A DNA stretch of 64,000 nucleotides from an uncultured Methanoregulaceae archaeon (GCA_963705255.1 OY970061.1:608001-672000), one strand, 5' to 3'. Counted from the first letter of the stretch, positions 29,601-41,965 are shown. The notes: a model not told the origin generated them from the sequence alone. Made by a program: numbers and translations.

Positions 29601-30255
29601 ATGACAATCGTTCAGCATTTTACATAACTCAAAAAAATTCGGTTTCAAAATTTGCAAATCGCACAAAATGAAGTTGTCATATATATTGCGGATTCAAGTC
29701 TGTTGTAAAATATATGAATGAATCATTTGTGTAGCAAGAACATAATGGTGAATTTACCTGCAATCTCCGAGAAATGCAAACACAACAAAACTCAGCCATA
29801 TGCTGTGTATATAATCCTACAAAATTTACTTTCTGTAAGGTGGGGATGATTCATAAAACATGTGCAAAATTGTACCGATTAACGCATATGCATCTTCTTT
29901 TCATCAGCCAGATCCGTGTGAGGTACCCATCCATTGATGTCACAAGTACGCCCCCGTACGGTTTCGGCCCTGGTCTCGACATGAAACCCGTATTCATACC
30001 CGATCGGTCGCCCATTAGCGTCCCACCTCCGGCCACCTGTGATCCGCGGGGATCGGACCGAATTTGTCCCCCGTTTTGGCGAATTTGTCCTCCAGATACC
30101 CACGGAGAGGTCAAACGGAGCCCTGCAAGGCCTTGTTTTCGGTCTGATATATATTGTTCTGTGATGTATCCTTGCGGTTATATGATATATTTTCAAAATG
30201 TCAGCATTCAGGTTCGCATGCGCCGGCCCGCCGCTGCATAGCCAAAATAAAAAAA

Positions 30256-30759
30256 TTACTTCCCGCTTGTCACCGTCTTTGACCCGCGGAGGATCCCGAT
30301 CGTCCCGGTCCGGACGAACTCCTTGATCCCGTACTGGCGCAGCAGTTTCTCTAGTGCATCGATCTTATCCTTGTCCCCTATCACTTGGAGGATCAAGGTC
30401 TTTGTCCCGACATCGACAATGGATGCCCGGAAGATGGAGGCGATCTGCATGATCTCGGCCCGGGATGTCCCGAGTTCTGCCGTTACCTTGATGAGCGCCA
30501 GCTCCCGCTCCACCCGCTCGCTGTCCGTCAGGTCGGAGACCTTGATCACGTCGATGAGCTTGTTGAGCTGCTTCATCACCTGCTCGATCTTTTCGTCGTC
30601 ACCGATGACCACGATGGTGATCCGGCTCATGTCCGGTTCCTCGCACGGCCCGACCGCAAGGCTCTCGATATTGAACCCGCGCCGGGAGAAGAGCCCGGTG
30701 ACCCGGGAGAGCACACCGGCCCGGTTCTCGACAAGGATGGATAAGGTATGCGGTTTCAT
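30256..30759 (-). CDS. ilvH: Acetolactate synthase small subunit
   Basis: ENRAGVLSRVTGLFSRRGFNIESL. Confidence 0.96.
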   Translation of the reverse strand: MKPHTLSILVENRAGVLSRVTGLFSRRGFNIESLAVGPCEEPDMSRITIVVIGDDEKIEQVMKQLNKLIDVIKVSDLTDSERVERELALIKVTAELGTSRAEIMQIASIFRASIVDVGTKTLILQVIGDKDKIDALEKLLRQYGIKEFVRTGTIGILRGSKTVTSGK

Positions 30760-32432
30760 GATCGGGGGTGCCCTCCTATCATCTCGTTGATCGCAGCACC
30801 GGCCGGGACCATCGGGAAGACATTCTCTTCGCGCTCGATCCTGAAGTCCATCACAAACGGCCCGTCACAGTCAAGGGAGACCTGCAGTGCCGGGAGTACC
30901 TCGTCCGGAGATTCGACCCTTGTCCCTTCGATACCGTAGGCGTTGGCGATCTTCACGAAGTCGACCGGCGGGAGCTCGGTGAACGAATACCGGTGGTCAT
31001 AGAAGAGCTCCTGCCACTGCCGGACCATGCCAAGGTACATGTTGTTCAGGATGAGGACCTTCACTGGGATCCTGTTGGATGCAATGGTACCAAACTCTTG
31101 GATATTCATCTGGATACTGCCATCGCCGGCAATATCAAAGACCGGTACATCCGGGCGGGCAAAATGCGCCCCCATCGCGGCAGGGAGCCCGTAGCCCATG
31201 GTGCCAAGACCTCCCGAGGTTATCCAGGTGCGGGGGTTGTGGAAACAGAAGTGCTGTGCAGTCCACATCTGGTTCTGCCCGACTTCAGAGACGATCACGG
31301 CCTTGTCCCGGACAAGGTCGCTCAGTGTCCTGATAATATACTGCGGGTGCAGTGCCCCGTTCTCCGGGCATTTGAGCGGGTGGTGCTGTTTCCAGTGCTT
31401 AATCTTTTTCAACCAGATCTCGTGGGCATCACGCTTCTTTATAAGCGACAGCAGGTCTTTTAATACCGCTTTGACATCGCCGACAATAGGTACATCGATG
31501 CGCTTGTTCTTGCCGATCTCGGCCGGGTCGATATCGATATGGATGATCTTCGCATGGGGAGCGAAGGTCTCGATCTTCCCGGTCACCCGGTCGTCGAACC
31601 GTGCCCCGATCGCGATCATGAGATCGCATTCCGTCACCGCGAAATTTGCATATTCTGTACCGTGCATCCCCAGCATGCCGAGATTGAGCGGGTGATGGCA
31701 GGGAATGCACCCGATCCCCATCAGCGTTGTCGTGACCGGAATGGATGCAAGCGTAGCAAATTCCACCAGTTCGGGCGAGGCATTGGACGAGATGATGCCC
31801 CCGCCGGCATAGATGAGCGGGCGCTCTGCATGCCCGAGCAGATCAAGAGCTTTTTCTATCTGGCGCTTGTGGCCCTTGTAGGTGGGATTGTAGCCGCGGA
31901 GAGTGACTTTCTCCGGTAACTTCACATCGTCGGACAGACCGGTACTCACGTCCTTTGGGATATCGATCAGGACCGGTCCCTGCCTGCCGGTCCCTGCGAT
32001 ATAGAACGCTTCTTGGACAACCCGGCTGAGCTCACCGGCATTCTTCACGAGGTAGTTGTGCTTCGTGACCGGCATCGTGATGCCCGTGATGTCCGATTCC
32101 TGGAAGGCGTCATTGCCCAGGAGGTTGGTCGGGACCTGCCCGGTCAGCGCTACGACAGGGATCGAGTCCATGTAGGCCGTGGCGATCCCGGTAACAAGGT
32201 TACATGCACCGGGCCCGGAGGTGGCGAGGCATACGCCTACACGACCGCTTGCCCTCGCATAGCCATCCGCGGCATGCGCTGCAGCCTGTTCGTGCCGTAC
32301 AAGGATGTGCCGCAATGACGAGTCGTAGAGTTCATCATAGATCGGCAGCACCACTCCGCCCGGATAACCGAAGATGATCTCGGTTCCCTCGCGCTGGAGT
32401 GATTCTACGAGGATTTTTGCCCCGGTTTTCAT
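30756..32432 (-). CDS. ilvB: Acetolactate synthase large subunit
   Basis: [24 protein letters not shown]. Confidence 0.97.
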   Translation of the reverse strand: MKTGAKILVESLQREGTEIIFGYPGGVVLPIYDELYDSSLRHILVRHEQAAAHAADGYARASGRVGVCLATSGPGACNLVTGIATAYMDSIPVVALTGQVPTNLLGNDAFQESDITGITMPVTKHNYLVKNAGELSRVVQEAFYIAGTGRQGPVLIDIPKDVSTGLSDDVKLPEKVTLRGYNPTYKGHKRQIEKALDLLGHAERPLIYAGGGIISSNASPELVEFATLASIPVTTTLMGIGCIPCHHPLNLGMLGMHGTEYANFAVTECDLMIAIGARFDDRVTGKIETFAPHAKIIHIDIDPAEIGKNKRIDVPIVGDVKAVLKDLLSLIKKRDAHEIWLKKIKHWKQHHPLKCPENGALHPQYIIRTLSDLVRDKAVIVSEVGQNQMWTAQHFCFHNPRTWITSGGLGTMGYGLPAAMGAHFARPDVPVFDIAGDGSIQMNIQEFGTIASNRIPVKVLILNNMYLGMVRQWQELFYDHRYSFTELPPVDFVKIANAYGIEGTRVESPDEVLPALQVSLDCDGPFVMDFRIEREENVFPMVPAGAAINEMIGGHPRS

Positions 32433-33918
32433 GTCCTGTCCCTCAATAGTCTGTTCATGCCGGCGATCATCGCCTCGACACTTGCCATGATGATGTCGGT
32501 GCGGGCGCCGCGTGAAGTAATTATCTTCCCGTCTTTACTTAATCTTACTGTCACTTCGACAAGGGCGTCGGTGCCGCCCTGGATTGCGTCAACGTGGTAT
32601 CCTCCAGCCGGATGTCGGCAACGTCGCCAACGCACTTGCGCAGGACTTCCATTGCCGCATCCACGGGCCCATCACCCGTTGCAGCCCCGGTCATCTCCAC
32701 ACCGTTCACGACCAGCGTGACGGAAGCAGTCGGGATCATGTGGCTGCCTGAAGTAGCAGTGAACTGGCGCATCTTGATGACCGGTTTGCACTCAATCGCA
32801 AGCACGGCATCGGCAACCGCCATCAGGTCCGCATCGGTAACCCGTTTTCCGTCATCGCCAAGCTGCTTGATCCTTTTGACAATCTCTTTGATCTGGTTCT
32901 GGTCCGCCTTGTAGTTCATTTCGTTAAGGGCAGCCTCGACCGATGCGGAACCGGAATGTTTTCCGAGTACGATCCGTCGCTTGCGGCCCACCATTTCGGG
33001 CTTTACCGATTCATAGGTGGACGGTTCGCGGATCACGCCGTGGGCATGGATGCCGCTTTCATGGGTGAAGGCCATCTCGCCCACGATTGCCTTGTTCACC
33101 GCGAGCGGGACACCTGTATGCCGGGAGACGAGACTTGAGAGCGGGTAGATCAGCTCCTTCCGGATCCGGGTAGGGTAACCATAGAGCACTTCAAGCGCCA
33201 TCACAACTTCCTCGAACGGTGTATTGCCTGCCCGCTCGCCAAGGCCGTTGACGGTCACATGGGCGCAGGAGGCACCGCACTTCAGGGCGGCCATGGTATT
33301 GGTCACAGCAAAGCCGAGGTCGTCGTGACAGTGGATCGAGAGCGGGGCAATCCTTGCCAGCGGAGGGATAAATTCCGCCACCTTCTCCGGGGTCAGCAGC
33401 CCGACCGTATCGCAGAAGCAGAGCCGGTCGGCCCCGCGCTCCACGCCCGACGAAAAGATTGAGTAGAGGAACTGCTGGTCTGCCCTGGACGCGTCCTCAC
33501 CGGAAAGTTCAACAATGAGCCCGCGGTCTTTTGCATACTCCACGGCATCCATCGCCATTGCGACGACCTCACCGCGGGTCTTGCGCATCTTCTTGGCGAT
33601 GTGCAGGTCGCTGACCGGGACGACGAGGTGGATCGAGTCCGCACCGCAGTCCGCAGCATAATCGATGTCCCCGTGCAGAGCCCGGACAAACGTGCAGATC
33701 TCCGATTTAAGCCCGGCATTGGCGATCCGCCGGATTGCTTCACGCTCCCCGTCGGATGCAGCTGCAGAACCGGCCTCGATGACGTCGACACCAATGTCGG
33801 AGAGCCTCGTTGCGATCTCAAATTTCTGGTCCGGGTTCAACGAGACACCGGGAGTCTGTTCCCCGTCCCGTAACGTGGTATCTAAAAAGCGCAGGTTTTC
33901 AACGAATAAAACACTCAC
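32429..33918 (-). CDS. cimA: (R)-citramalate synthase (LeuA/CimA family), frameshift near 32600
   Basis: [16 protein letters not shown] (CimA-like), HCHDD, HESGIH; the C-terminus [12 protein letters not shown]...* is in a second frame. Confidence 0.75.
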
Positions 33919-34471
33919 TCATGGCAGATCACCATGAATATTCGTTGGAATGGAGAATATAAAAAGATTCGGGCAGTTTTTTCCGGCCGCTTCCATGCCG
34001 GTTTTATCAAATGGCGCTGGTTCCGGGGAATCTGGTTGGTAATAAAAAATTGTGGAAATCTCCCTCATGCGCCACCGGTATTAACAACTGACGGGGCGTT
34101 TAAAGTGAAGGATCAGTAACTCCCGGCAACACTCATTGCGCCACCATACCCGCGAGAGATCCCGATGCGGGGAGCTCCAGTAAAAGAATTTCATGGTTCC
34201 GGAACAAACCTCTGGTTCATGCCTGGCTTTCTGAAATTTTATTTTGACCGGGTCATAAAAATATTATTTTTTCACGTCCCACAATTTAAGAGAATGCACA
34301 GATATCTGGTTCATATCAGAGAGCCGGCACGGGCCGGTCTGTACCTGGAGGAGCCTCTGCCATGGACTTAACGATCCTTTTCACCGAAAATCCATGGCCT
34401 GCCGCATGGTTACAAAAGATTTTCCGGTTGCCCGCCGCAAGTCTCATCCGCATAATCTCAGGGGCGATCGC

Positions 34472-34846
34472 CTGACCCGCGGGCGCCCGCCGTCCCGGGC
34501 ACTGGAGTACACCGGTGCAATCACGAAGGACCGCGGGCTGGTCCAGCGCTGCCTCCGCGGTCCCGAATCGGTCTGCGATCTCACCATCTATGTCAAGGGC
34601 CGGTACGTTGCGCACGTCCGGATCAAATGCGTGCGCCGGCTCCGTGGAACGGTGCGGGAGATCGAACGCGAGCGTGCACAGGAAGTTGCCGTGCTTCGGT
34701 TCATTGTATCATCGCGGGAGATCTCCCGCGAGATCTGGCTCTGCTCGCCTCGGTACGCATGGCGGTTCTTCCGGGATCTGGATGAAGGCATTGTCGAGAT
34801 CGGCAGGGATGGCGCACCGCTGCTGATGACAAGCCCCGGCAATTAG
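34472..34846 (+). CDS. Small basic protein with a possible Hjc-like/PD-(D/E)xK fold
   Basis: (L/M)TRGRPP...CDLTIY...AHVRIK...SREIWL...WRFF; start uncertain (CTG, or upstream ATG at 34394). Confidence 0.55.
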   Translation: MTRGRPPSRALEYTGAITKDRGLVQRCLRGPESVCDLTIYVKGRYVAHVRIKCVRRLRGTVREIERERAQEVAVLRFIVSSREISREIWLCSPRYAWRFFRDLDEGIVEIGRDGAPLLMTSPGN

Positions 34847-35479
34847 CGGAAAATAATCTCCGGAGAAATTAGTTACCGGAGAGATTTTAACGGGAACCCC
34901 ATGTTATAATGGGCGAAGGACAGAGTGATAAAACCGGGTGAATGGCATCATCCCTCCTGGCACCTCTCCCCCTTTACCATTCACTGTCGGAGAACAGATC
35001 CCCCGGACCATCGATCCCGGGGGATCCCTCTCATTTCCAAATCGGGCTCCTTTTGACAAACGGGGGTTATTTCAGGCGATTTCATCCGGTTCCGAATTTG
35101 GCCGGGCACCGAAAAAGTACCTATTTCGGCGAAAGTGGATGCAGATTCATATTTTTCTACCAGTTATGAGCCCGGTTTTAAAATCTAACGCCGGACATTA
35201 AAAGTGCGCAAATAGCACTATTTGGTGACAGAATCGCCTTTTCTCCCTGCAGGGGTAAAGGAAACGAAAGAAAACCCTGTTTTCCGGGATCTGTCTTACG
35301 TCGGAGATCTGGATATTTCCGATGGAGAAACGGGAGTGTCTGGCAAGAAAACATGATTAGTTTTAATGATCACACAACACTTTCGCACTTTGAAGCATCA
35401 GGTTTATCGTGGGTTGAGATTAAAGCCGTATCGATGAAAAAACGAATGATCTTCTGGATATAAAAAAATTGAGAATAAC

Positions 35480-35727
35480 ATGTATTACGCACACTCAACA
35501 AAAAACCCGGACAAATCGGACGGCAGTTGCTCAAAGTTCATCTGACAAATGTCGCGAAGAGGTCAGCAGACTTCGCGAACAAATTCAATGGAGGCGGACT
35601 TGCATGTGCCGGGGTCCTGCTTCACGATCTCAGGAAATATCCCAGCGATTTTTAGAGACGACTCGAAGGTTCAGGTATTCATGTAGATCATGGCACAGCC
35701 GGTGCGCAGGAGGCTGCAAAATTATAT
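35480..35727 (+). pseudogene. cas3: Decayed 5' fragment of a type I-C-like cas3 (HD nuclease domain)
   Basis: MYYAHS...D/QLLKVHLTNVA...LLHDLRKY..F*RRLEG...VDHGTAGA; contains a frameshift and an internal stop. Confidence 0.8.
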
Positions 35728-35733
35728 CTGGCC

Positions 35734-35754
35734 GTCTCGTCCCGTGCGGGTGTG
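35734..35754 (+). CRISPR. Possible single degenerate type I-C CRISPR repeat remnant (no array)
   Basis: GTCTCGTCCCGTGCGGGTGTG resembles the 5' part of I-C repeats of the GTCGCGCCCCGTGCGGGCGCG... type; directly follows the cas3 fragment. Confidence 0.45.
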
Positions 35755-35830
35755 CCCCCTACCCGATAACCAATCCCTGAACCAAGAGACTATATTTTAC
35801 CGGTCCAAACTATCCGGCAGAAACCGGGAT

Positions 35831-36514
35831 ATGCATATGCCACTCTCCAGAAAACCCGATCCGTCATCCGCCCCCGCGTCCTGCGAGGAGATTGCCTGGC
35901 AGTGCCGGAAGCTGAATGTGGCAGCGACCCGTGGCGAGCTCGGCGAGCAGATAGCACGCCTCGTCCTGCAGCACCCGCCGGTCGAGATCCAGCGGATGAA
36001 GCGGAACTTTGCCACAAAGATCAAGGACCTCGCACCGGACTACCGCGACCTGCTGACAGGGAAGATCACCGAACACCTGCTCGGGACCTTCCAGCGGATA
36101 CGGCTCATGCACCAGCAGGGGAGTTTCAGGGCCATGCAGGAACCGGTCGATGACAACCAGAGGAAGTACTGGGAGATGGTGGCGGAACAGTGCCGGGACG
36201 AGGACGGTGGAGATGCCCCGGCAATCCGGTTCCTGAAGTACCTTCTTGCCGGCTTCTGCATGCTGGTACTGGACGAGCCCGGCCACCCGCCCGGCACGCC
36301 GTTTCCGGGCGGCGACATGGTCGAGTTCACGGACGGCGTCTACCACTGCCCGGTCCGGGAGAAAGCAAACGATGTAGACGCAGCCCTCTGCACGTTCTGC
36401 CCTGCCTGCCAGACTCCGGAGATCGGCTATCTCCGGCCTCCGACGAACCCAAGCGAGCACCGGAAACAGGAGTTTATCGAACACTGCCACCGGTTCCACA
36501 ACTTCAACGGGTAG
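35831..36514 (+). CDS. DUF2115 (UPF0305) family methanogen protein
   Basis: EPGHPPGTPFPGG, YHCPVREK, LCTFCPA. Confidence 0.88.
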   Translation: MHMPLSRKPDPSSAPASCEEIAWQCRKLNVAATRGELGEQIARLVLQHPPVEIQRMKRNFATKIKDLAPDYRDLLTGKITEHLLGTFQRIRLMHQQGSFRAMQEPVDDNQRKYWEMVAEQCRDEDGGDAPAIRFLKYLLAGFCMLVLDEPGHPPGTPFPGGDMVEFTDGVYHCPVREKANDVDAALCTFCPACQTPEIGYLRPPTNPSEHRKQEFIEHCHRFHNFNG

Positions 36515-36675
36515 TAGTCCGTGGTATAATTCTCAATACTTCTATAGAGACACATTTCCTGCCATTATCAGGAAAAAAACGTGAAAATGGCGGAGAATTT
36601 ATTTTATACCGTGTCCATGAATAGTATTGGAACGTAAGGGGTAAACCCTGTTTCGGGTGTTTTCACCGGGGTAAA

Positions 36676-38782
36676 ATGATGAACACTACGCAGCTGCTTG
36701 CTGATAACCCTTCCCTTTATATCAACCGTGAACTGAGCTGGATACGGTTCAACCGGCACGTGCTTGACGAGGCCCGGGATGAAAGCCACCCTTTACTGGA
36801 ACGTGTGAAGTTTCTCGCTATATTCGCAAACAATCTCGATGAATATTTCATGATCCGTGTCTCTGGTCTCCAGCGCCAGCTGGCAAAAGGTGTCCTGAAA
36901 TCCCCCCCGGACGGGATGACTCCTTCACAACAACTGGATGCCATCCGGCAGATGCTCATTCCCGAACTTGAGGCCCAGTATGCTACCTGGCATACCGAGA
37001 TCCTGCCCAGGCTCGATGCTACCGGCATCCATATCCACATGTATGCCGATCTTTCGGACGTGCAGAAAGCGTCCATGCACACCTTCTTTGTCAATGAGGT
37101 CTTTCCTGTCCTGACTCCTCTTGCCTTCGACAGCTCCCACCCGTTTCCCTTCATCTCCAACCTCTCCCTCAACCTCGCAATCGTCATCCGCGATACGGCA
37201 AAAAAAGAGTATTTCGCCAGGGTCAAGGTCCCGACCAACCTGTTCTCCCGGCTGGTCCGGATTCCTGATGCTGACACCGGCATACGTACCAAGGATACCG
37301 ACGTCCACCTGATCTACATAGAGGAGATTATTGCGGCCCATCTCGACATGCTCTTTCCCGGGCTTGATGTTGTCGCCGCCTTCCCGTTCAGGATCACCCG
37401 GGACGCGGATCTCGAAATCGAGGTGGACGAGGCCTCTGATCTCCTGACCACGGTTGAGGAGATCATGGAACAGCGTGCAAGGGGTAAACCTGTCCGTATA
37501 GAAATGGAATGTTCCATGCACGAGAATATCTGCCATATGCTCGAGAAGAAACTGGGGGTTCTGCCCGATATGATCTACCGAGTCGACCACCCTGTCGGTA
37601 TGGCAGATCTGATGGAGCTCCTTGCCCTGGATCGCGCCGACCTGAAAGATATCCCCTTCCCCCCTTCAGTACCTGATGAGATTGGCGAGGGGAAAGATAT
37701 CTTCGCGGCAATCCGCCAGCACGACGTCCTGCTCTATCATCCCTATGACAGCTTCACACCTGTCGTAAACCTCCTCAGGCAGGCAGCCCATGACCCGGAT
37801 GTTCTTGCCATCAAGATCACCCTTTACCGTGTGGGTTCCAACTCGCCGATTGTCAATGCCCTCATGGAAGCACGTGAGAACGGGAAGGCAGTCGCTGCGT
37901 TGATCGAACTCAAGGCACGGTTTGACGAGGAGAACAATATCGGCTGGGCCCGTGCGCTTGAACATGAAGGGGTACATGTCGTCTACGGTGTTGTCGGCCT
38001 CAAGGTTCATGCCAAACTCTGCATGATTGTCCGGAGAGAGAAAGACGGGATCCGCAGGTACGTGCACCTCGGCACCGGCAATTACAATGCCACGACCTCC
38101 CGCATCTATACGGATTTCGGGTTTCTGACTGCGGACCGGGCCATTGGCGAAGATGTCGCCAATCTCTTCAATTTCCTTACCGGCTATGCGCGGATTGAGA
38201 AATACCAGAAATTGCTTGTGGCACCAATAAGTTTGCGGAACGGGGTCGTCGATCGCATTAACCGGGAGGTTGAACGGCATCGCGAACATGGGGACGGTCA
38301 TCTCATCTTCAAGATGAATGCACTTGTCGACCCGCTCTGCATTGTTGCATTGTACAGGGCATCCCAGGCTGGCGTGAAGGTGGAGTTGCAGGTGCGTGGG
38401 ATCTGCTGTCTCCGCCCGGATATCCCTGGATTCAGCGAGAATATCACGGTTAGTGCGATTGTCGGCAGGTTCCTTGAACATGCACGGATCTATTATTTCC
38501 ATAATGGAGGAAATGAAGAGATATTCCTTGGAAGTGCCGATCTGATGCCGCGTAACCTTGACCGCCGCGTCGAAGTCCTCTTCCCGGTGGAAAACCCGGT
38601 AATCCGGGATGCCATCGTGACTACGATCCTGCCGGCACAATTCCATGATACCGTCAAGACTCCGGTATCTGCAGGCTGACGGAACCTATAACCGCGCCTT
38701 TCCCGCACCGGGTACAGTTCCGCTGAATGTCCAGTCATGGCTGGTGGATCACCAGGGATCATGGTATGACAGGCATACCTGA
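36676..38782 (+). CDS. ppk1: Polyphosphate kinase 1 (frameshift near 3' end)
   Basis: NRELSW, HPFPFISNLS, ELKARFDEENN, LKVHAK, GRFLEHAR, SADLMPRNLDRRVE. Confidence 0.95.
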
Positions 38783-40382
38783 ACTGGTCCCCCCCAAGAC
38801 CGGGCTCTGCTGGTTCGGTATACGGAGTCTCCCCCCGCTCCTCGAAGCCTTTGAAAAGGAGATCGAAGGGGTAAAAGCTTCCGAGGATATCGAGTATATC
38901 CACCGCATGCGAGTCGCTTCCCGCCGCCTCCGGGCCGCCCTGCCCCTCTTCCGGCGCTGTTTTCCGCAGAAGCAATATGCCCGCTGGATGCACGAGATCG
39001 CTGGTATTACCCAGGCACTCGGCATGGCCCGGGACATGGATGTGCAGATCGCATTTCTGCTCAGGTTCCGGAAAAAGCGTTCTGCTTCTCTAGGTGTCCG
39101 GAACCATACAGGACCCGGTACCGCAAACCCGATGGAACCGGCAATCGCATACCTCCTGAAAGATCTCAGGAGGAAGCGGCGAGAGCTCCAGGTCCGCATC
39201 CTCTCAGCCCTTGAGGCGCTGCAGAAGAGCGGAGTCGTCGGCGAAATTCGTACGACATGTTTTTCGCAGATCGCTGCCGCAGGCGGACGCCCGTGCAATC
39301 CCTTGCCTATGGAGTACCGACCGTGGCGGCCCACCGTATCGTGTCGCGCCTTGAAGCCATGCGATCCTATGAGCCCTGGGTAACGCATCCCGACGCGGTA
39401 GCAGAACACCACGCAATGCGGATAGCGGCAAAAAAACTCCGGTATACAATGGAGGTGTACGGGCCCGTATACCGCCTCGGCCTGAAAAAACCCCACGCGC
39501 GGGTGAAGAGGGTGCAGGAGATCCTCGGGGATCTCCATGACTGCGATGTCTGGATCGACCATGTCACCCGGCTGCTCTTACGGGAGCGGAGCCGCATGAG
39601 GTCAGAGAAAAAAGAGAAGCGCCCGGACACCGCAACGCTTGCAAGTCTGCGTATTTTCCTGCACAACCGCGAACGGGAACGGATCCTGGTGCACCGCCAT
39701 TTTGTACGCTACTGGCAGACCCTCACCAGGGTAAAGATATGGAACGATCTCCGGCAGACTCTCACGAAGGGGCGGAGGAAGCGGTTCATCCCTGTACAGG
39801 AATTCCGGGAACTGGAGGTCCATATGGCGTGTGAAGCTTTCGCGGCGGCCTATCCTGACTGGCTTGCACACCACCGGACCGTGACCCGGCTCGCGATCAT
39901 GCTCTTTGACAGCCTGCAGTCCCTGCACCGGATGTCCCGGCACGACCGTGCTCTTCTCGAAAGTGCCGCCCTGCTCCATGACATTGGCTGGGTCGGTGGC
40001 CAGAAGCGGCATAATGCCCGTACCGCCCGCATGATCTTCGCTGAAGAATCACTGCCGCTCGATATATCCGACCGCATCGTGGTCGGCCTTGTCGCCGGCG
40101 CCCACCGCGGTCAGGTCCGCACCGGATCCCACCCCCTCTTCGCCCTGCTCGGCCCCGAACACCAGAAGAGAGTACTTCAGACTCGCAGCAATCCTCCGTG
40201 TTGCGGACGGTCTTGACTTCCTCCATACGGGGTCAGTCCAGGAGATACACTGCATCATCGGCACCGGAGAAATTACGTGCGATGTCATATCTGCCGTTGA
40301 TGTCATGTCTGAAAAAGAGCGGGCGCGCTCGAAGTCCGGACTCTTTGTCAGCATGTTTGAACGGGAACTGGTGATCCGGTGA
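38766..40382 (+). CDS. CHAD-domain protein fused to an HD (Ppx C-terminal-like) domain; two frameshifts
   Basis: HRMRVASRRLR, RDMDV, HAMRIAAKKLRY, LGDLHDCDV, ALLHDIG, LRVADGLD across three frames. Confidence 0.85.
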
Positions 40383-41965
40383 CGGATGAGGGCATCGGCC
40401 CTGACGGGCGGGTCGTCACGTTCATCGACATGGGGACCAACTCGATCCGGGTGCTGGTCGTCCGCCTCAATCCGAACCATTCCTATACGATCCTGACACG
40501 GCAGAAACAGCAGGTGCGGCTGGGTGAAGGGGAGTTCGAGGACGATGAGATCCTGCCGGAGGCGATGGAACGCGCCGTAATGGTGGCAAAAAAATTCTCG
40601 GACCTGGCACGGACCTTCCATTCCGACGAATTCGTTGCCGTCGCCACCTCTGCCACCCGCGAGGCATCGAACCAGAACGAGCTGTTGCACAGGATACGTC
40701 AGGAGGCGCAGCTCGACGTCCGCGTCATCTCCGGCCGTGAGGAAGCGCGGCTGATCTATCTCGGGGTTGCGAGCGGTATCCATCTCGGGGACCGTACGGC
40801 CCTGTTCATCGATATCGGCGGGGGCAGTACCGAGATCGCGATCGGGGGGTCGAAGGACTACCAGTACCTCGACAGTTTCAGGCTCGGGGCGATCCGGCTC
40901 ACGAACCACTGTTTCCCGGCAGGGGAGGCCGGCCCGGTAACTCCGGAGGAGTACCAGAAACTCCGGCAGCATATCCAGAATGCCATCATCCATTCGGTGC
41001 GCGAGATACGGAAGTATGGACCGGACTGTGTTGTTGGCAGTTCCGGTACCATCATGAACCTTGCCGAGATTGCGGCCAAAGCCCTGCACCCGTCAGAAGG
41101 GAGTCCTGACCAGATCCTGACCTACCGGGATCTCAAAAAAGTCATCGATCTCCTCTGCTCACTTCCCCTTGAACAGCGCAGGAAGGTGCCGGGAATCAAC
41201 CCGGAGCGGGCCGATATCATCATCGCGGGAGCTGCCATTCTCGAGACCCTGATGAAGGAACTATCCCTCGATTCGGTCATCACGACCAACCGCGGACTGC
41301 AGGATGGTCTCCTCGCCGATTATCTTTCGCGGCTGGATGACTTCCCTCTGCTGGGAGAGCTCACCCCGCGGCAACGGAGCGTGCTCCAGCTGGGGAGGTC
41401 GTGCGGGATCAATGAAGTGCACGCCCGTACTGTCACAAGCCTCGTGCTCTCGCTTTTCGATTCGGCCAAGGATCTCCGGCTCCACACCTTCGGGGATACG
41501 GAACGCGAACTGCTGGAATATGCGACCTTCCTCCACGACATCGGGTCGTTCATCTCGTACACCAACCACCACGCGCATTCCTATTACATCATAAAAAATT
41601 CCGAGCTTCTCGGTTTTGACCAGAAGGAAGTGACGTTCATGGCAAACCTTGCCCGTTTCCACCGGAAAAAAACACCCCGAAAAAAAGATCCCGGCATTTC
41701 CGAGCTCGACTCCCGGGAACGGGACGCCCTCATGATCCTTGCCACGTTCATCCGGCTCGGGGAAAGCCTTGACCGGAGCCATGCCGCGCTGATCCAGCAC
41801 GTGCGATTTTCCCGTGCGGACAGGGAGTCAGTATGGCTCGAAGTCCTCGGGAGGGGAGACTGTCAGCTGGAGATCTGGGGGATAGAGGCCGAGAAGAGAG
41901 GGTTTGAAAAGACATTCGGCAGGAAACTCATCATCCAAGTCCTGAGTGCTGATGACTCCTATTAA
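40379..41965 (+). CDS. ppx: Exopolyphosphatase Ppx/GppA with HD domain
   Basis: IDMGTNS, ATSATREA, EEARL, DIGGGSTE, LHDIG. Confidence 0.95.
   Translation: MTDEGIGPDGRVVTFIDMGTNSIRVLVVRLNPNHSYTILTRQKQQVRLGEGEFEDDEILPEAMERAVMVAKKFSDLARTFHSDEFVAVATSATREASNQNELLHRIRQEAQLDVRVISGREEARLIYLGVASGIHLGDRTALFIDIGGGSTEIAIGGSKDYQYLDSFRLGAIRLTNHCFPAGEAGPVTPEEYQKLRQHIQNAIIHSVREIRKYGPDCVVGSSGTIMNLAEIAAKALHPSEGSPDQILTYRDLKKVIDLLCSLPLEQRRKVPGINPERADIIIAGAAILETLMKELSLDSVITTNRGLQDGLLADYLSRLDDFPLLGELTPRQRSVLQLGRSCGINEVHARTVTSLVLSLFDSAKDLRLHTFGDTERELLEYATFLHDIGSFISYTNHHAHSYYIIKNSELLGFDQKEVTFMANLARFHRKKTPRKKDPGISELDSRERDALMILATFIRLGESLDRSHAALIQHVRFSRADRESVWLEVLGRGDCQLEIWGIEAEKRGFEKTFGRKLIIQVLSADDSY

Noticed and set aside
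29774-30241. ORFs and a short cgaatttgtcc direct repeat at the right edge of the kinase cassette as a transposon remnant
   Set aside because: No transposase motif or terminal inverted repeats recognised.
35654-35656. In-frame TAG in the cas3 fragment as pyrrolysine readthrough
   Set aside because: It is accompanied by a frameshift, motif decay and truncation; a simple CAG>TAG mutation fits better.
41948-41962. GCTGATGACTCCTA resembling the 3' half of a fluoride riboswitch
   Set aside because: It lies within the last codons of ppx, the 5' GATGGAGTTC-type half is missing, and no downstream gene is on that strand.
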